From NCBI RefSeq assembly GCF_004010195.1, contig NC_057719.1, positions 45,940,782 through 45,978,840 of the forward strand: 38,059 bases of DNA, read 5' to 3'. Under the pieces are notes generated by a model that had not been told where the DNA came from, ran no database searches, and was given only the letters and a program-made list of their open reading frames with translations. The stretch comes from Chiloscyllium plagiosum. Its lineage: Eukaryota. Made by a program: the position numbers and the translations under genes. This document shows positions 24,226 through 36,627 of this stretch, piece by piece. Each line of letters starts with the position of its first letter. The stretch's first letter is position 1.

Positions 24226-24978
24226 TCCATTCGAGGCTACGGAGCTTGACAGTATACTGACAAAAGAATTGAAGACCTGTACTCCAGAATAAGCTGCATC
24301 CATAACCAAGCTGTTCCAGTACAGCTGCAACACTAGAATCTATCTGGCAATGTGAAAAATGCCCAGGTCTGCCCTGTCTACAAAACAATTACCAGACCAT
24401 TAGTCAACAGTCCTTCATCAGAGTGAATGAAGGGGCTGTCCGCAGTGCCATGAGAGATATTTGCTCAGAATAACTTGCTCGCTGTCATTAGTTTGGCTTT
24501 AGCAAGGACTAATTAGCTACTGACCTTATTACTGCTTTGGCCCAGATATGTTCAAAAAAGCTGAACTCCAGAAATAAATGTGACATCAAGGCAGTATTTG
24601 AATGTTGTCAAGGAGCCCTAGCAAACTTGGACTCTGAGAATCAAAGGAAAATTTCTGCTTGTTGGAATCTTATCTCGCACAGGTAGTTGTGGTTATTGGA
24701 GATCATTTAATTCCGTCCTGGGACATCATGGCACAAGGTAATCGGGTAGCATCCTAGGTACAATCCCTTTCTGCTATTCCATAATCTAATCATAAAGTCA
24801 GAAGTTGGAATGTTTACTGATAACTGCACAATGTTTAGTGCGTTTGTAACAGAATGAGGCAAGGGTAATAATAATAGGGAACTAGGAAATGGGAGTGAAG
24901 TTGAATAAATACTTTACATCAGTTTTAATAGCAGAAGATGCCAATTGCATTCTAAAAATACTAAACAATCAAGGAATG

Positions 24979-25115
24979 GCTTGATTCCTGAAGAAGGGCT
25001 TATGCCCGAAACGTCGATTCTCCTGTTCCCTGGATGCTGCCTGACCTGCTGCGCTTTTCCAGCAACATATTTTCAACTCTGATCTCCAGCATCTGCAGAC
25101 CTCACTTTCTCCCCA
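24979..25115 (+). mobile_element. Penelope-type terminal fragment (13618 family)
   Basis: Matches the right arm of the 13618 element and the reverse complement of 14623-14725. Confidence 0.85.
24983..25020 (+). ncRNA. Minimal type I hammerhead ribozyme motif
   Basis: gattc CTGAAGA a GGGC ttat GCCC GAAA C GTC gattc; predicted cleavage after C25015. Confidence 0.75.
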
Positions 25116-26929
25116 CAATTATTTACAGTATATTATAATGAGTTGAATGAGGGAAGCGTATGTACTATAGCCAGGTTTGCAGATAACGCAAAAATAAATG
25201 GGAATGCAGGTAGTGAGGACTCAATGTCTAAATGGGTTTATAGACAGGTTAAGCAGGTAGGCAATTACATGGCAGATGGAATATAATCTGGGGAAATGTG
25301 AGGAAGAATAGAGGAACTCTATTATTTAAGTTGAAGAAGATGCTGCACAGAGGGATTTGGAGTCCTCATGCCTCAACCATTAGGTTTGCATATAAATTCA
25401 GTTGCTATTAGGGAAGCTAAATGGAATGTTGGTCTTTATTCCAAAAGGAATGGATTCGACAACTAGTGACGTCTTGCTGAAGCTATATAAGGCACTAGTT
25501 AGATCACAGCTAGAATACTATGAATTGATTTTGACCCCTTTATCCAAAGAAATATATACTAATGTTGGAGGCAGTCCAGAGCAGGATCACTTGGTTGAGC
25601 CAAGGAATTGAGGGTATCTCTTTTGTTGAGCGGGTTGGGCCTATACTCGTTGGAATTCACAATGATGAGAGGCAATGTTATTGAAACAGACAAGATTCTT
25701 ACAGACCTGATAGGGTAGATGTGAAAAGGTTGTTCACTTTGTGGTGGAGCCTAGGACCAGAGGACATTATTTCAAAATAAAGGGTTGTCCATTTAAGGCA
25801 AATATGAAGAAGAATATCTTTTGGGAGTAGTGAATCTGTGGAATGTTTTACTACAGAGGGTTACAGAAGCTGGGTCAATAAGCATATTCAATAGACAGAT
25901 TTTTAATTAGTATGATAATCAAATGTTATGGGGCAAAAGCAGAAAAATGGAGTTGGACCATGATCATCTTGAATGGCTGAGCAGACTTGGTGGGTGGAAT
26001 GGCCTATTTCTCCTCCTTTTGTCTTATGATCTCAGATACAGAAGCAGTTCATGTCCATATGCAGTACTCCTGGCCAATATTGGCAGATACCATAATTGCC
26101 AGGTAATGACCATCTCCTCCTGCAACAGAGAATTAAATCATCTATCCTTGATATTCAAATGCATTGACATTGCTGAATTCCAACTATCAGTATTCTGACC
26201 AGAAGTTGGACCAGCCATGAAAACAAACTACAAGAACAGATTAGAGTCTAGGAATTTGGAGGCAATTACTCATTTAATTTGATTGCCCAATGTGTTGCCA
26301 TTAATGTACATGGCACAAGTGGAGTGTGATAGAATACTCTCCCCTTTCCTGAATGGATGCAGCTTCACTAACACTGAAGGAATTTGACATCATTCAAACC
26401 AAAACAGCCCACTTCGTTGACACCCATCCACCATCTTCAGCATATGTATCTCTGTTACCCCCACTCCCCACAATTTGCAGTATGTACCATTTCCAAGATT
26501 GATAGTAGCAATTTATCAAGGCTTTTTCAACAACACCTTCCAAACTTGTGACCCCTACCATTTAGAAGAGCAGCAGACACATATGGGAGCACCACCATCT
26601 GCAAGTTTCCCTCCAAGCCATGTACCATCCTGGCTTGGAATTATTCACCATTCCTGCATGCAGGGTCAGAACCCTGAAATTCTTAATGGTATTGTGGGTG
26701 AACCTACATCCATGGATGACATCAGTTCAAGACAGGAAGTTGCCACCACATTCTCAAGATAACTAGATAATGAAAGTTGGCCAAGCCAGTGACACCTACA
26801 TCGTCCTAAAATGTGTTGCCTAGAACTGCGCACAGCACTCTAGTTGAGGCCAAATCAATGTCTATACAAAGCTGCTTGCATTTTTGTACACTGTCCCTTT
26901 TTATAAAGCTTAGCCTGCCCGTAGGTTTT

Positions 26930-27038
26930 TTTAATCAGCCAGTTCAGGGATGTTATGACACACCTCTGAGGCAGGTGAGACTTGAAACAAGTTCTCCTGG
27001 CTCACAGATAGATACACTACCACTGTCATAAGAATCCT
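26930..27038 (-). mobile_element. Short degraded tRNA-derived SINE-like fragment
   Basis: Minus strand TGACAGTGGTAGT (A-box-like) and GTTTCAAGTC (B-box-like) with a short tail. Confidence 0.4.
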
Positions 27039-27637
27039 AGCCTTCTGTATGCTTTTGTTTTCTCAACTTGGCCTGTCACTTCATTGATTTATGCACAAAA
27101 ACTGTACATTCAGGACCTTCTAATCCTGTACCCTCTTTAGAAATGTCCATGCAATTAATCTAATGGTAGCTTTCAAGCAATGCTGTTACACTTTATACCA
27201 GATATGAGTTTTTCTGATAAACCTGTGGTGGCCTACCTATTTGAACACTTTCTGGCAATCCACATATAACATTCCCATTTCTGTTGACTGGATCATTCCT
27301 TTGGAAATCTGCTAATTTCATTAAAAACAACTTTTTAATAGGTTCTAGGAAAAAGATTGGTATTCCCATACTGAACTGTGATCAGTGGCAATTGTGAAGA
27401 TAAGGCAACATATTTCTTGACAGTGAACAGTAAAGTTGTAAATCACTTATCCATCTCCTAATGATCAATTAGGAAATCACCAATGCCAAGAATCAGTTTA
27501 CTTGCTTAATCTTTTATTTGAGAAATGGTTTGGAAATGAGCTAGGAGAAAGGGGAAATAAATAGTTGGGTTTTGAGTGGATAAAATAACAGTTTGGAAAG
27601 ATGTTCATAGTATGCACCTTTACTACTTTGTTTTTAG

Positions 27638-27710
27638 GGATGCCTTTACATATGTGCAGGAAAGAAGATTTTGTATTAATCCAAATGCTGGATTTGTCCA
27701 TCAGCTGCAG
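27638..27710 (+). CDS. STYX: STYX coding exon (73 nt)
   Basis: tttgtttttag|G GAT...CAG|gtaact; (R)DAFTYVQERRFCINPNAGFVHQLQ. Confidence 0.97.
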
Positions 27711-27884
27711 GTAACTGGCTTGTCTTTTTATTAATCACCATAAAATATTAATTTATATTGATAATATAACATTTGAGGAATTGGCACAAGATTGGTGTGT
27801 ATGTTTTAAAATGAATGTCTTTTTATTTTATACAGTTTAGGCTTTATTTCCTTTTAAACTATCCACGTTTCTCACCTGGAAGAT

Positions 27885-28375
27885 AGCAGACATAAGATGT
27901 AGAGGCAAGGGGAGACCAGATGGCCTCATAAGCCTTCTCTGGCACTCAGTCTTCTACCTCCACTTTATTTTCCACCCATTTCCCATATCCCTTCACTCCC
28001 TGTCTAAGGGCCAATGGTCTGTTTATTTCAACCTGAAATATCTTTAGTAATGGAGCATCCATAAGTATATGGAATAGATAATTTCAAAAATGAACAATCC
28101 TTTGAAGAAATTGCCCCTCATCTGAGTTTTAAATGAACCGGTCCTTATTTCTATGATTCTGTCCTGGGGGTCTAAATTCCCCAGCCAGGGAAACAACTTC
28201 TGTGTCAACCCCATCAAGCACCTGTAGAATCTTTATTATTTCAATCACCCTTCATTCTTCTAAGCTTCAGTATAGGCCCAATTTATGCAGCCTTTGGTTG
28301 TAAGTCAACCTCACGAGGAAACCAATGTAGTCATCCTTTACTGTGCTGCCTCAAAGGCAGTTATGTATTTCCTTA
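27885..28375 (-). mobile_element. Old CR1 3' fragment
   Basis: Similar to other reversed CR1 ends here (cccatatccctt, gaagaaattgcccctcatctgagttttaaatg). Confidence 0.6.
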
Positions 28376-29071
28376 ACAAAATAGAAACAGAAAGCATGGT
28401 AAGCCAGCTGGGGATTTGCCAAAGTCCTGGTAAATGAATTTGAACAATTAATTACTGATGAGGCTGAAGCTCAGCAAGTAGCTGGAGAAATTAGAAGGGG
28501 TAGGACTGAGGAGGCAGGTAAGTCAGATTGAATGACTTCAGTGTTAAATAAGGTTCAGGTTAAAGAAATAGAGCGGGATAAAGTAAAATTGGATCAAAAG
28601 AGAACAGCGACAGAAAAATGGGGAATAAAATTAACAGTAGAATTTGACATTTACAAATTCTCCCAACAATAATCCATAAGGAATGATGCACCATACATTT
28701 AATGTTCACCTTTTGGGAGGGACTGATTGATTGCCAACTAGTGACAATTGTGACTTTGTTAAATAGGTACGTGCACTGTTAATTGTGAGAGAGAACTTTC
28801 TGTGGGAAGTTGAGATAATGAGCAAATGTAGCAACTCATGCCAGTTTTGTAAAGCTTATAGCAGAATGGTGCAACACATCCAACGATGTGCAAGCAATTC
28901 CCAGAGTCTGTCTCCTTTATGTGTTATTGGCTGATTTGTGCACATGCACTTGCATGTTCCAAAAATTGCAGAAAAATGCGTGAGGTGTTAAGCTGTTTTA
29001 GATGATTGCTTTAGTCAAATCAACAAAATATTTTTTAATAAAAGCTAATGTAAAAACTGTTCTATAAATAG

Positions 29072-29153
29072 GAGTATGAAGCCATTTATTTAGCAAAATT
29101 GACAATAAAGATGATGTCACCACTTCAACTGGGCAGATCAGTTTCTGCACAAG
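29072..29153 (+). CDS. STYX: STYX penultimate coding exon (82 nt)
   Basis: ttctataaatag|GAG...CAA G|gttagt; EYEAIYLAKLTIKMMSPLQLGRSVSAQ(G). Confidence 0.94.
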
Positions 29154-31814
29154 GTTAGTAATTGTTGAAAATGATTGTTTTCTTACATTTTCTTGTGTTA
29201 ATACTACTGATGGATGTTATGTTTGGCTAATATATCATTCTGAAATATGCCCAAGATACATCTTAGTACAAAGCTTCAATCTTTGGAGCATTAGAAATGT
29301 TGTAGTTATTGATTTAAGAATGTTACAGCCTGAAAATAAGCTGCTAGGAATACAGATATTGACATGTAGTTGGAGAAGTGATGTTATATTCTGAAACTCA
29401 AGTAAATTAAATATATACCCAATGTAAATAAAACGACCAATATTTTGGGAAAGAGAAGGGCATGTACCCAGGACAACAATGTCCTGAACAATTTTTACTA
29501 TTTTTTTTCTTTTCAGTTTGCATGTGCACAGGGCAAATCAAAAAATGCCAGCTATTTATAGATAAATTAGAGAGGATTTAGTTATCTGAATATGTTGTTG
29601 ATATGTTGTTCATGTTCGTTCTTTTCTGTGTCATATTAAAGCTTTTCTTGATGACATTAAAATGTTCCTCCAGTGTGCTGCAATCAATTCTGTATATTCC
29701 TAAATTCAGGGAGCAGATGTTATTCTGTACGTGCCCTTTGATTCCCTGAGTATTGCAGCAAAATTAAACATTATTTTAAACATCTCATTCAGGGTGTAAA
29801 ATGATTAGTTCTCAAATATTCTTGTGCTAAATTCTTGAACAAATCCCATGCTATCCTGTTACTAGATTGAATTCTTTACTTGGTCAACAGATTTCTGTTT
29901 TATTGTTTGTTTTTCACTATTTCCTTTCAATAGCCAAAATGCTCTCTTTCTAGTAAATACATTGATTCTAGGAAATCTTTTGTGAGTAAGGCATATCCTA
30001 CAAGTTGAAGTTGTTAATCATTTGGAGTTTATCCTGGAACCCACATTGCTAAGCTTGGTTTTGAAATGAAGCACCAACATTGTTCATTTACAGCTTCTGC
30101 AGTACTCCGTGTTTCCTCTCTGGACTCTTGGTGAAAATCCTTTTGTATCTTATTTTATGAAAGGGATTTGGAAATCAAGTCTTGCTTAATTTCCTTCTCG
30201 AGATTTACACCTGGTATTCCATACCAAGCCTTTGAGCTCAATCTTCCACATGATTTTATCATTGTAAACTACTTTCTTGGTAGCTGTGATTCTCTGTTGG
30301 AAGCATCTTCATATCTCAGTTGCTGTTACTAGTGCAATCACTGAGCTAATTTTAGAACTGTTCTCAGATTCTGTTTTATGGATAGTAAAAGGTATATGAT
30401 CTATGTAAATGCAACACAATCTTTTCCTTTTTTTAGTTGTTCTCAGGATATGGGCGACATTGGAAAGGCCTCATTTATCACCCATCCCTTGTTACCCTGA
30501 GAAGGTGATGGGCCTTCTCCTTTAACCGCTGCAGTCCTTCTGGTGATGGTGTTCCCTCAATGGTGTTAGGTAGGGAATTTCCTAGTTCTCAGTAGCTGTT
30601 GTCATCTGGAGACCACACATATCTGACAAGGTTATCTCAACATACAAGAATATTACATGTTTGGTTGAATGTTCTCTAGATTTGTGTTGTTTTAGCGTAG
30701 CAAACATCAGTTGCTCTACAATGGTATCTGCAAGACTTTTGTCTGCAATAATCTCCCAGCAGTCAATTATTTAGTTAGAGCCTTTTATGGCTCTAATTGT
30801 TTTTAAGCTCAAACTGGAATTTCTGTGGGGTTCTCCTGATTCACTGCCCAAGATACTAGTGCAAACCCCAGAGAAGTGGTGTAAGTAGTGGATGGTATAG
30901 AGAATCCAGTAAATATTCTAACTCTCTAAGATTTTCCATTCTAACTTGTAAGAAGCTACTGAGTCAGACAGTGTGACATTTAGGCAATGATGTAATGAAG
31001 TGGATTTATTTACTTGTAGGGTAGTCTTTCTTGGAGTTTCTCACTCTATCAGGATCCCATTCATTTAGTCTCCAAAACTTTCCCATGGTTAAGTATTTAT
31101 TGCTTCCTCTGAGGGGACATGAGGCTAATTTGTGAGGCTAGTGGACATTCTCTTTTATAAGATAGAAAATATAATCATATGGTATTCATAGATTTGGAGA
31201 TCGTCAAAAGCTGTTACAACGTCCTCTTGCCAATCTGAGCATTCTTTTATATGTTGACCTATATGTTCTGATATTTGCTGTGGCAAGTAGTATACTAATG
31301 CAAATCCAGGAATACAGATAAACTTGTCATTTCTAAACTGGCACATCTTATGTCCCTTCCTATGCATCAATTAGTAATGTTTAAATTCTCAAGTATCAAT
31401 TCTTCTCATACTTTCATTTAAAAATTTTGATTTTTCTCAAAATTAAAGCTTGTGGACATTTCAACTAGGCTTCTGCTATGAGATTCAGCAATTCTTCTTG
31501 CTTTTGGTGCCTATCTCCATGTGTCAATGTACAAGGTATTCCTGAGTTTCTCTGAACTAGTTAAATCACCTTTTGCAGAAGAGAGAGAGGGGCCAGATGC
31601 AATACATATGAACATCATACAATAGAATTTAATGGGTTTTGTTTTGAAGAGCTTACCTGTTGGTTTTGGTTCAGCTTGCCTGACACTCTTATGACAGCAA
31701 CATTTGGGATAATCCAAATGTTCGCCAACATGTATGCAGAAATTTATCCTTAAAAGTGCTACACTAAATCAGCTCCATCCTTGAAGAGAGCCTTCAATTA
31801 CAGAATGCAGTCTT

Positions 31815-32290
31815 CGGTGGCCAGGCCAGCGTTTATTGCGCATCTTTAATGGTCCTTGAAGAAGTGTTGGTGAGCTGCCTTCTTGAACTACTCCCACAGT
31901 GCTGTTAGATATGGAGTTCCAGGATTTTGACCCAGTGATGATACAGGAAGGGTGGAAAATACCATGTAAGTTTGGTGTGCAATTTGAAGATGGTGCTATC
32001 CCAGTGTCTGTTGTTCTTGTGATAGTAAGGGTGCAGGTTGGGAGTTGCTGTTGTAGAAATCTTGGTGACTTGCTGCAATGCATCATGTAGATGTTATGCA
32101 CTACAATCAAGTTGTTGTAGAAGTGGTGAATGTTTAAGGTTGTAGGAAGTGTCAGTCAATAGTTTGGATTGTCTTAGATGTATCAAGTTTCTTGCATGGT
32201 CTTGGAGCACCACTTGTAGATGGTGAATCTTTGAGAGACATTTCTGTTGATTGCCTACCTGAACTCTAGGGAAGAAAACGGTTGAGAATT
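31815..32290 (-). mobile_element. L2-like LINE 3' fragment
   Basis: Reverse complement resembles 26480-26810 (ITGSKSWNS..NSTVG); tail ggccagcgtttattgcgcatc; shorter tail pieces at 19545-19620, 23525-23640 and 30445-30580. Confidence 0.68.
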
Positions 32291-32929
32291 CCAATGCTTC
32301 ATTTTGCCATATTAGTTCGCAGTGATTATGCATGCTGCAGGGTTATCAATAATGAACATCATTATTTGGGAACTGCAAGAGTATCACTTCCCTGCAGATA
32401 GTGTAAACTAAGCTTCCGGAAGCTACCCCATTAGGATTAGGAAGATTTGCTCTTAGGATCTCCTATCAGAATGTAACAATGGCTTACCAACTAATGTAAT
32501 TGTCTCCTTCATGTTAAAATGGATTGCCTTTGAAAAATATCTACATGTGGGTACGAAGAACTGCTTCAGATATAATCAATCAACAGGAAGAGAGCCTTCT
32601 GCACAAGGACCTTTATACTTAAGCACTGCAAATAACTGGGACCACAGTAGACTATGAATGTTGTCTCTAACTTCTCTCTGTAAAGTTTAAGGATTATATT
32701 AAAGCATTGGCAGTTAAACAACACTGCAGATGCTAGAAATAACTGAGCAAGTCAGCAATTTCGTGGTGGAGGGAGAAGAAAAGTTTTGATGAGAGATTAA
32801 CATGCAGAAATGTTACTTCTGTTTCTTTTGAATTTTGTTTGAACTGAATATTTCCTGTATTTGTTTTTCTCTGACCTGTGTTTATCATTACTCTTCAAAG
32901 CTTTAGTAATGGCATTTTGTTTTGTTTAG

Positions 32930-33003
32930 GAACCTTGAAAAGAATGCTGGAAGATGATGATGATATTTCAAGTATGCAGGTGGCTGCAGTCCATGATGGG
33001 TAA
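32930..33003 (+). CDS. STYX: STYX last coding exon to stop codon
   Basis: ttttgttttgtttag|GA ACC...GGG TAA; (G)TLKRMLEDDDDISSMQVAAVHDG*, similar to the recalled human end GSLKRTHEEEDDFGTMQVATAQNG. Confidence 0.94.
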
Positions 33004-33490
33004 CCTGTTACTACTCCATTAATTATAATGGACATGATTACTGTACTGTATCAAACAGTGAATAAAGGATGAGAAGTGTTATGGGATATTTAAGATTATG
33101 AATACTAAAAACTTAGTTGGCAAAATTTACTTTCTTTCCATTTCTTGTCTTGCTACTTCTGAGGAAGTATGCTAAAATGGAGAACTTGCCCTTTCATATG
33201 AGAACAACCTGGAGCACTAGAATCTCTTATGAAAATATTAAAATGACCAGGAACAGCACAGCACAACACATTTTTGATGGATTTTGAAGTCTTCATATGC
33301 TAATTATTTTACATTTTTACCAATTGCAGTTTTGACAGTTAATAAGTATGCATGTGCTAAGACATGGATGCACTTTTGATACTTGAATTTTGATTGTATG
33401 AGAGTTTGATAGGGAAATAATGCACTGTGTGCTTGGTGTCAGACCCATACATGCAATTTGTTATAAAGTGTTAATCTTTGAGTGTAATTT

Positions 33491-33508
33491 ATTAAAACTT
33501 TCAATAAA
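33491..33508 (+). terminator. Candidate STYX polyadenylation signals (ATTAAA 33491-33496, AATAAA 33503-33508)
   Basis: Tandem hexamers about 490 nt after the stop, following a T-rich UTR-like stretch; a more proximal AATAAA lies at 33061-33066. Confidence 0.6.
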
Positions 33509-33977
33509 AAAAGTTTGATTAATTCCTTAAGTGTTACACTTATCTGTCAAACCATATGTAGCACCTCATTTTATTTAGTTCACTAAATGCAGATTGTAGA
33601 CCAGCAAGATCTATTCAAAAATTAAGGTAATTTTCACAAAACGTACTTTTGATTTTTCTGACCATGCTATGAAACTATAATAGTTAAGACAACTAGGTAA
33701 ATCTTTTCAGGCCTTTGTTACTTGGCTTAATTATTATGCTTCACCTACTCAAATTAATATTGGAAAATATCTTTAGTCCTCAAATATAACCACAAACTTA
33801 AAGATACATAAGTACATTAACTGTACAGATCTTTAGGAGAAAGACAGCTACAGCTAGCCTATGACATTATATAGTGAAGGTCTGTCAATTGAATTGAATT
33901 CAATTAACTTTTGTTTTCTGCAAAAACATGCATACATTGAATAAATTAGTGCAACAAGCTGTCAAACTTTTGATTTG

Positions 33978-34540
33978 AGTAGATTTGTAGCTCAGATTGT
34001 AACTTTGCTCGTTGAGCTGGCAGATTTTTTCTCAGATGTTTTGTCACAGTGCTAGGTAACATCATCAACGAGCCTCTGATGAAGCGCTGCTGTTTTGTCT
34101 TGTTTGCTATTTGTATGTCTTGGTCTGTTGTGGTGAGTGATATCACATCCAGTTCTTTTTCTGAGAGGTTGGTAAATGGAGTCAAAATCGATATGTTAGT
34201 TAATGGAGCTCAGGTTTGAATGCCAGGCCTCTAGGAATTCCCGTGTGTGTCTTTGTTTAGCCTGTCCCACATTGTCCTAGTCAAACTGGTGTCCCTCTGT
34301 CTGTGTGTATGGATACCAATGATACTTGGTCTATCACTGTCAACTCCATTAACAAACATATCGATTTGGAGCCTATTTACCAACCTCAGAAAAAGAACTG
34401 GATGTGATATCACTCACCACAACAGACCAAAGCACACAAGTAGCAAGCAGGACAGAACACCAGCGCTTCATCGGAGGCTCATTGATGATGATACCTAGTA
34501 TTGTGACAAAACATCTGAGAACAAATCTGCAAGCTCAGCT
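33978..34540. mobile_element. Penelope-like remnant with ~195-bp inverted arms (16681 family)
   Basis: Arms ~34013-34208 and ~34344-34540; decayed hammerhead ttgatgatg.tacctag...tgtgacaaaacatc in both arms. Confidence 0.85.
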
Positions 34541-34703
34541 TCTGGTTGTATGTTTTCTCACTATCAAATGTAGCTATTTTGCTTTTTTTAATTTTGTAAA
34601 GCAGAAACATTAACATAGTTTAATATAATTAGACTATTGCTGAACAGTATAAAATTTATATTGAAGACCATATTGTATTCCAATTATATACATCGAGTTT
34701 GAT

Positions 34704-34709
34704 TTTATT
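34704..34709 (-). terminator. Candidate GNPNAT1 polyadenylation signal (AATAAA on minus strand)
   Basis: tttatt on + at the distal end of a ~1.9 kb repeat-poor region (34690-36627) that reads T-rich on the minus strand; other candidates at 35408 and 33570. Confidence 0.45.
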
Positions 34710-35413
34710 TGCCCTTTGTCCAAAATACTATAGTTATAAATAAATACAAATTAATACTAATAAAATAACTAATTTGGATCACAATAAATCTCTCAACCAA
34801 AAACTGTACTTAAAAGCAGCTGTAATTCAAAAAAGCACAACAGTTTTTTGTGTGGTTCATGTAGTATATGCATACCTTAAAGAACCAAGTATAATTTTTG
34901 GGCCCAAAGATGGGTTTCAAAAACTTTTGACAGAGTAGTCAGTACAGTAAACAGAAGGTGACATGTTGAACTTAAATGCAGACATTTACCATCTTGGTCC
35001 TATAAATTATAGCATCTAAACAACAATGACAGACCCAGTATACAGCAATTCTTTGCAGCATTTCTCATCACCTATGTACCCACATCAAAGTATACCAAGT
35101 TTCTACAAATATTAGCTCTGATGCTGTAGTATAAAACTAAAGCTCAATAGTTTAGACAAAAACTCTTAAAAATTAACAGGGTGAAAATATACAATCTTTA
35201 GTAAAGTAAATTCCTTCAGAATATTAAATTTTACTTTAACTGCATCTTTTGCGCTAGAATTTACCTTTCCTATCGGAAGCAGTGCTTTCTTTGACTAAAT
35301 TATATACAATATATACCAAATCTCCGGTTCTAATTTTTACTTATGTGTAACTTGTTACAATAATCAATGATGATCACTATTCATATCCCCATCTCTATTG
35401 GAATTTGTTTTAT

Positions 35414-35467
35414 TGTGTGTGTGTGTATGTATATATAAAACACACACACATATATATATATATACAT
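35414..35467. repeat. Compound microsatellite (TG)n-(TA)n-(AC)n-(AT)n
   Basis: Read directly from the sequence. Confidence 0.9.
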
Positions 35468-36627
35468 CTAACTTTCAAAGGATAAATTTAGGGATAATGT
35501 TTAAATTTATGGAGCTCTCTCAAATACCATTTTACTAAGTCATAGATTAATTGTATTTAGCTACAACTCTACAAACAAAAATAAAAAGTTTTCAACAAAC
35601 AACTCCTATAAACAGGCTGAAAACAGTAGATTTATCTGCAATGTTAACCATGAAGACTAAAATTTGAGATAAAGAGTAAAATCCCGTTGGGTAAAATCAG
35701 TTAATACCTGTGCAATATTGCATCTACACAGCGAGCAGTTTATCTTCATTTTTAAATATTTAAATATTAACATTCTGTAAATTAGATAAATGTGCTTTGG
35801 AATTATCCAATTTTAAGATCAATTAAATCACACTAATGAAGTCACGTATGTATGACCTAGAGTCTTAATGCTTACATTTAGTTACACTGCAGCAAGCTAC
35901 TTCAGAACATCAACATATGGTGCTCGTGCGCTGTTTGATACTGTCTTGTTCCTACAAAACTCCACAACTTATTTTTAAAAAAAATTGGGAACAGCCACAC
36001 AAGTATTTTTAATATCGCCACTTCAACTTGGACAGTGCCATAAAGCCCATGCGCTGAAAATCGAAGCCCATGCACTTAATACCAATCAGATTTCTGCTCC
36101 CAAGATTTCCTGCAAATTTTGCACTTAATGAAAATGGAATTACTCCCAAATGACTGCATAACATCGTTCTTCCTTTAACATTGCAGGCAGAGCATCATGG
36201 CAGCCATAATTACTAGTTAAGTGATTTAACAGAAATTAATGCATAGAAATGTCCTGCTCCAAGTTTTACATAAATTCGAGACAAAGGTTTTGGAGCTAGA
36301 CAAAAACAAAAGTACTTTGGTTAAAATTCTTGATATCTTCAGTTTCTAAATAAAACAATGTTCCTTCATAGATACAGCACTCTCAGCCAAAGTTTAATAA
36401 TGTGAACTATGCTGCAGTTTACCCCTCATCCACATAACTGCTTAGTCTGAGAAAAACATTCTTAAATTTCAACTACATCCTGTTACCACCAAATTAAGCA
36501 GAAAATAGGCCATTAATGCCAGACTATTCTATATTCAGTCCTGTATTAATAGATCAGAATACCAGTAATATAGCCAGATCTCAAATGTCTTTTTAGAAAT
36601 AAAAATAAGCAACCAATTAAGCAGACT

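Larger units (their letters stand above)
24851..26030 (+). mobile_element. Internally deleted CR1 nested in the L2-like LINE
   Basis: LNKYFTSV, then RFADNAKI, LKLYKALVRSQLEY; tail gaatggcctatttctcctccttttgtcttatgat. Confidence 0.8.
24235..26815 (+). mobile_element. L2/CR1-group LINE relic (distinct family) split by a CR1 insertion
   Basis: DIKAVF, GSILG, EVGMFTDNCTMFS up to 24850, resuming SDTEAVHVHMQ at 26032; 3' end gttggccaagccagtgacacctacatc shared with the SINE tails. Confidence 0.75.

Noticed and set aside
30985..31113. Intronic C/D snoRNA (atgatg...ctga)
   Set aside because: Box C is incomplete and there is no convincing terminal stem
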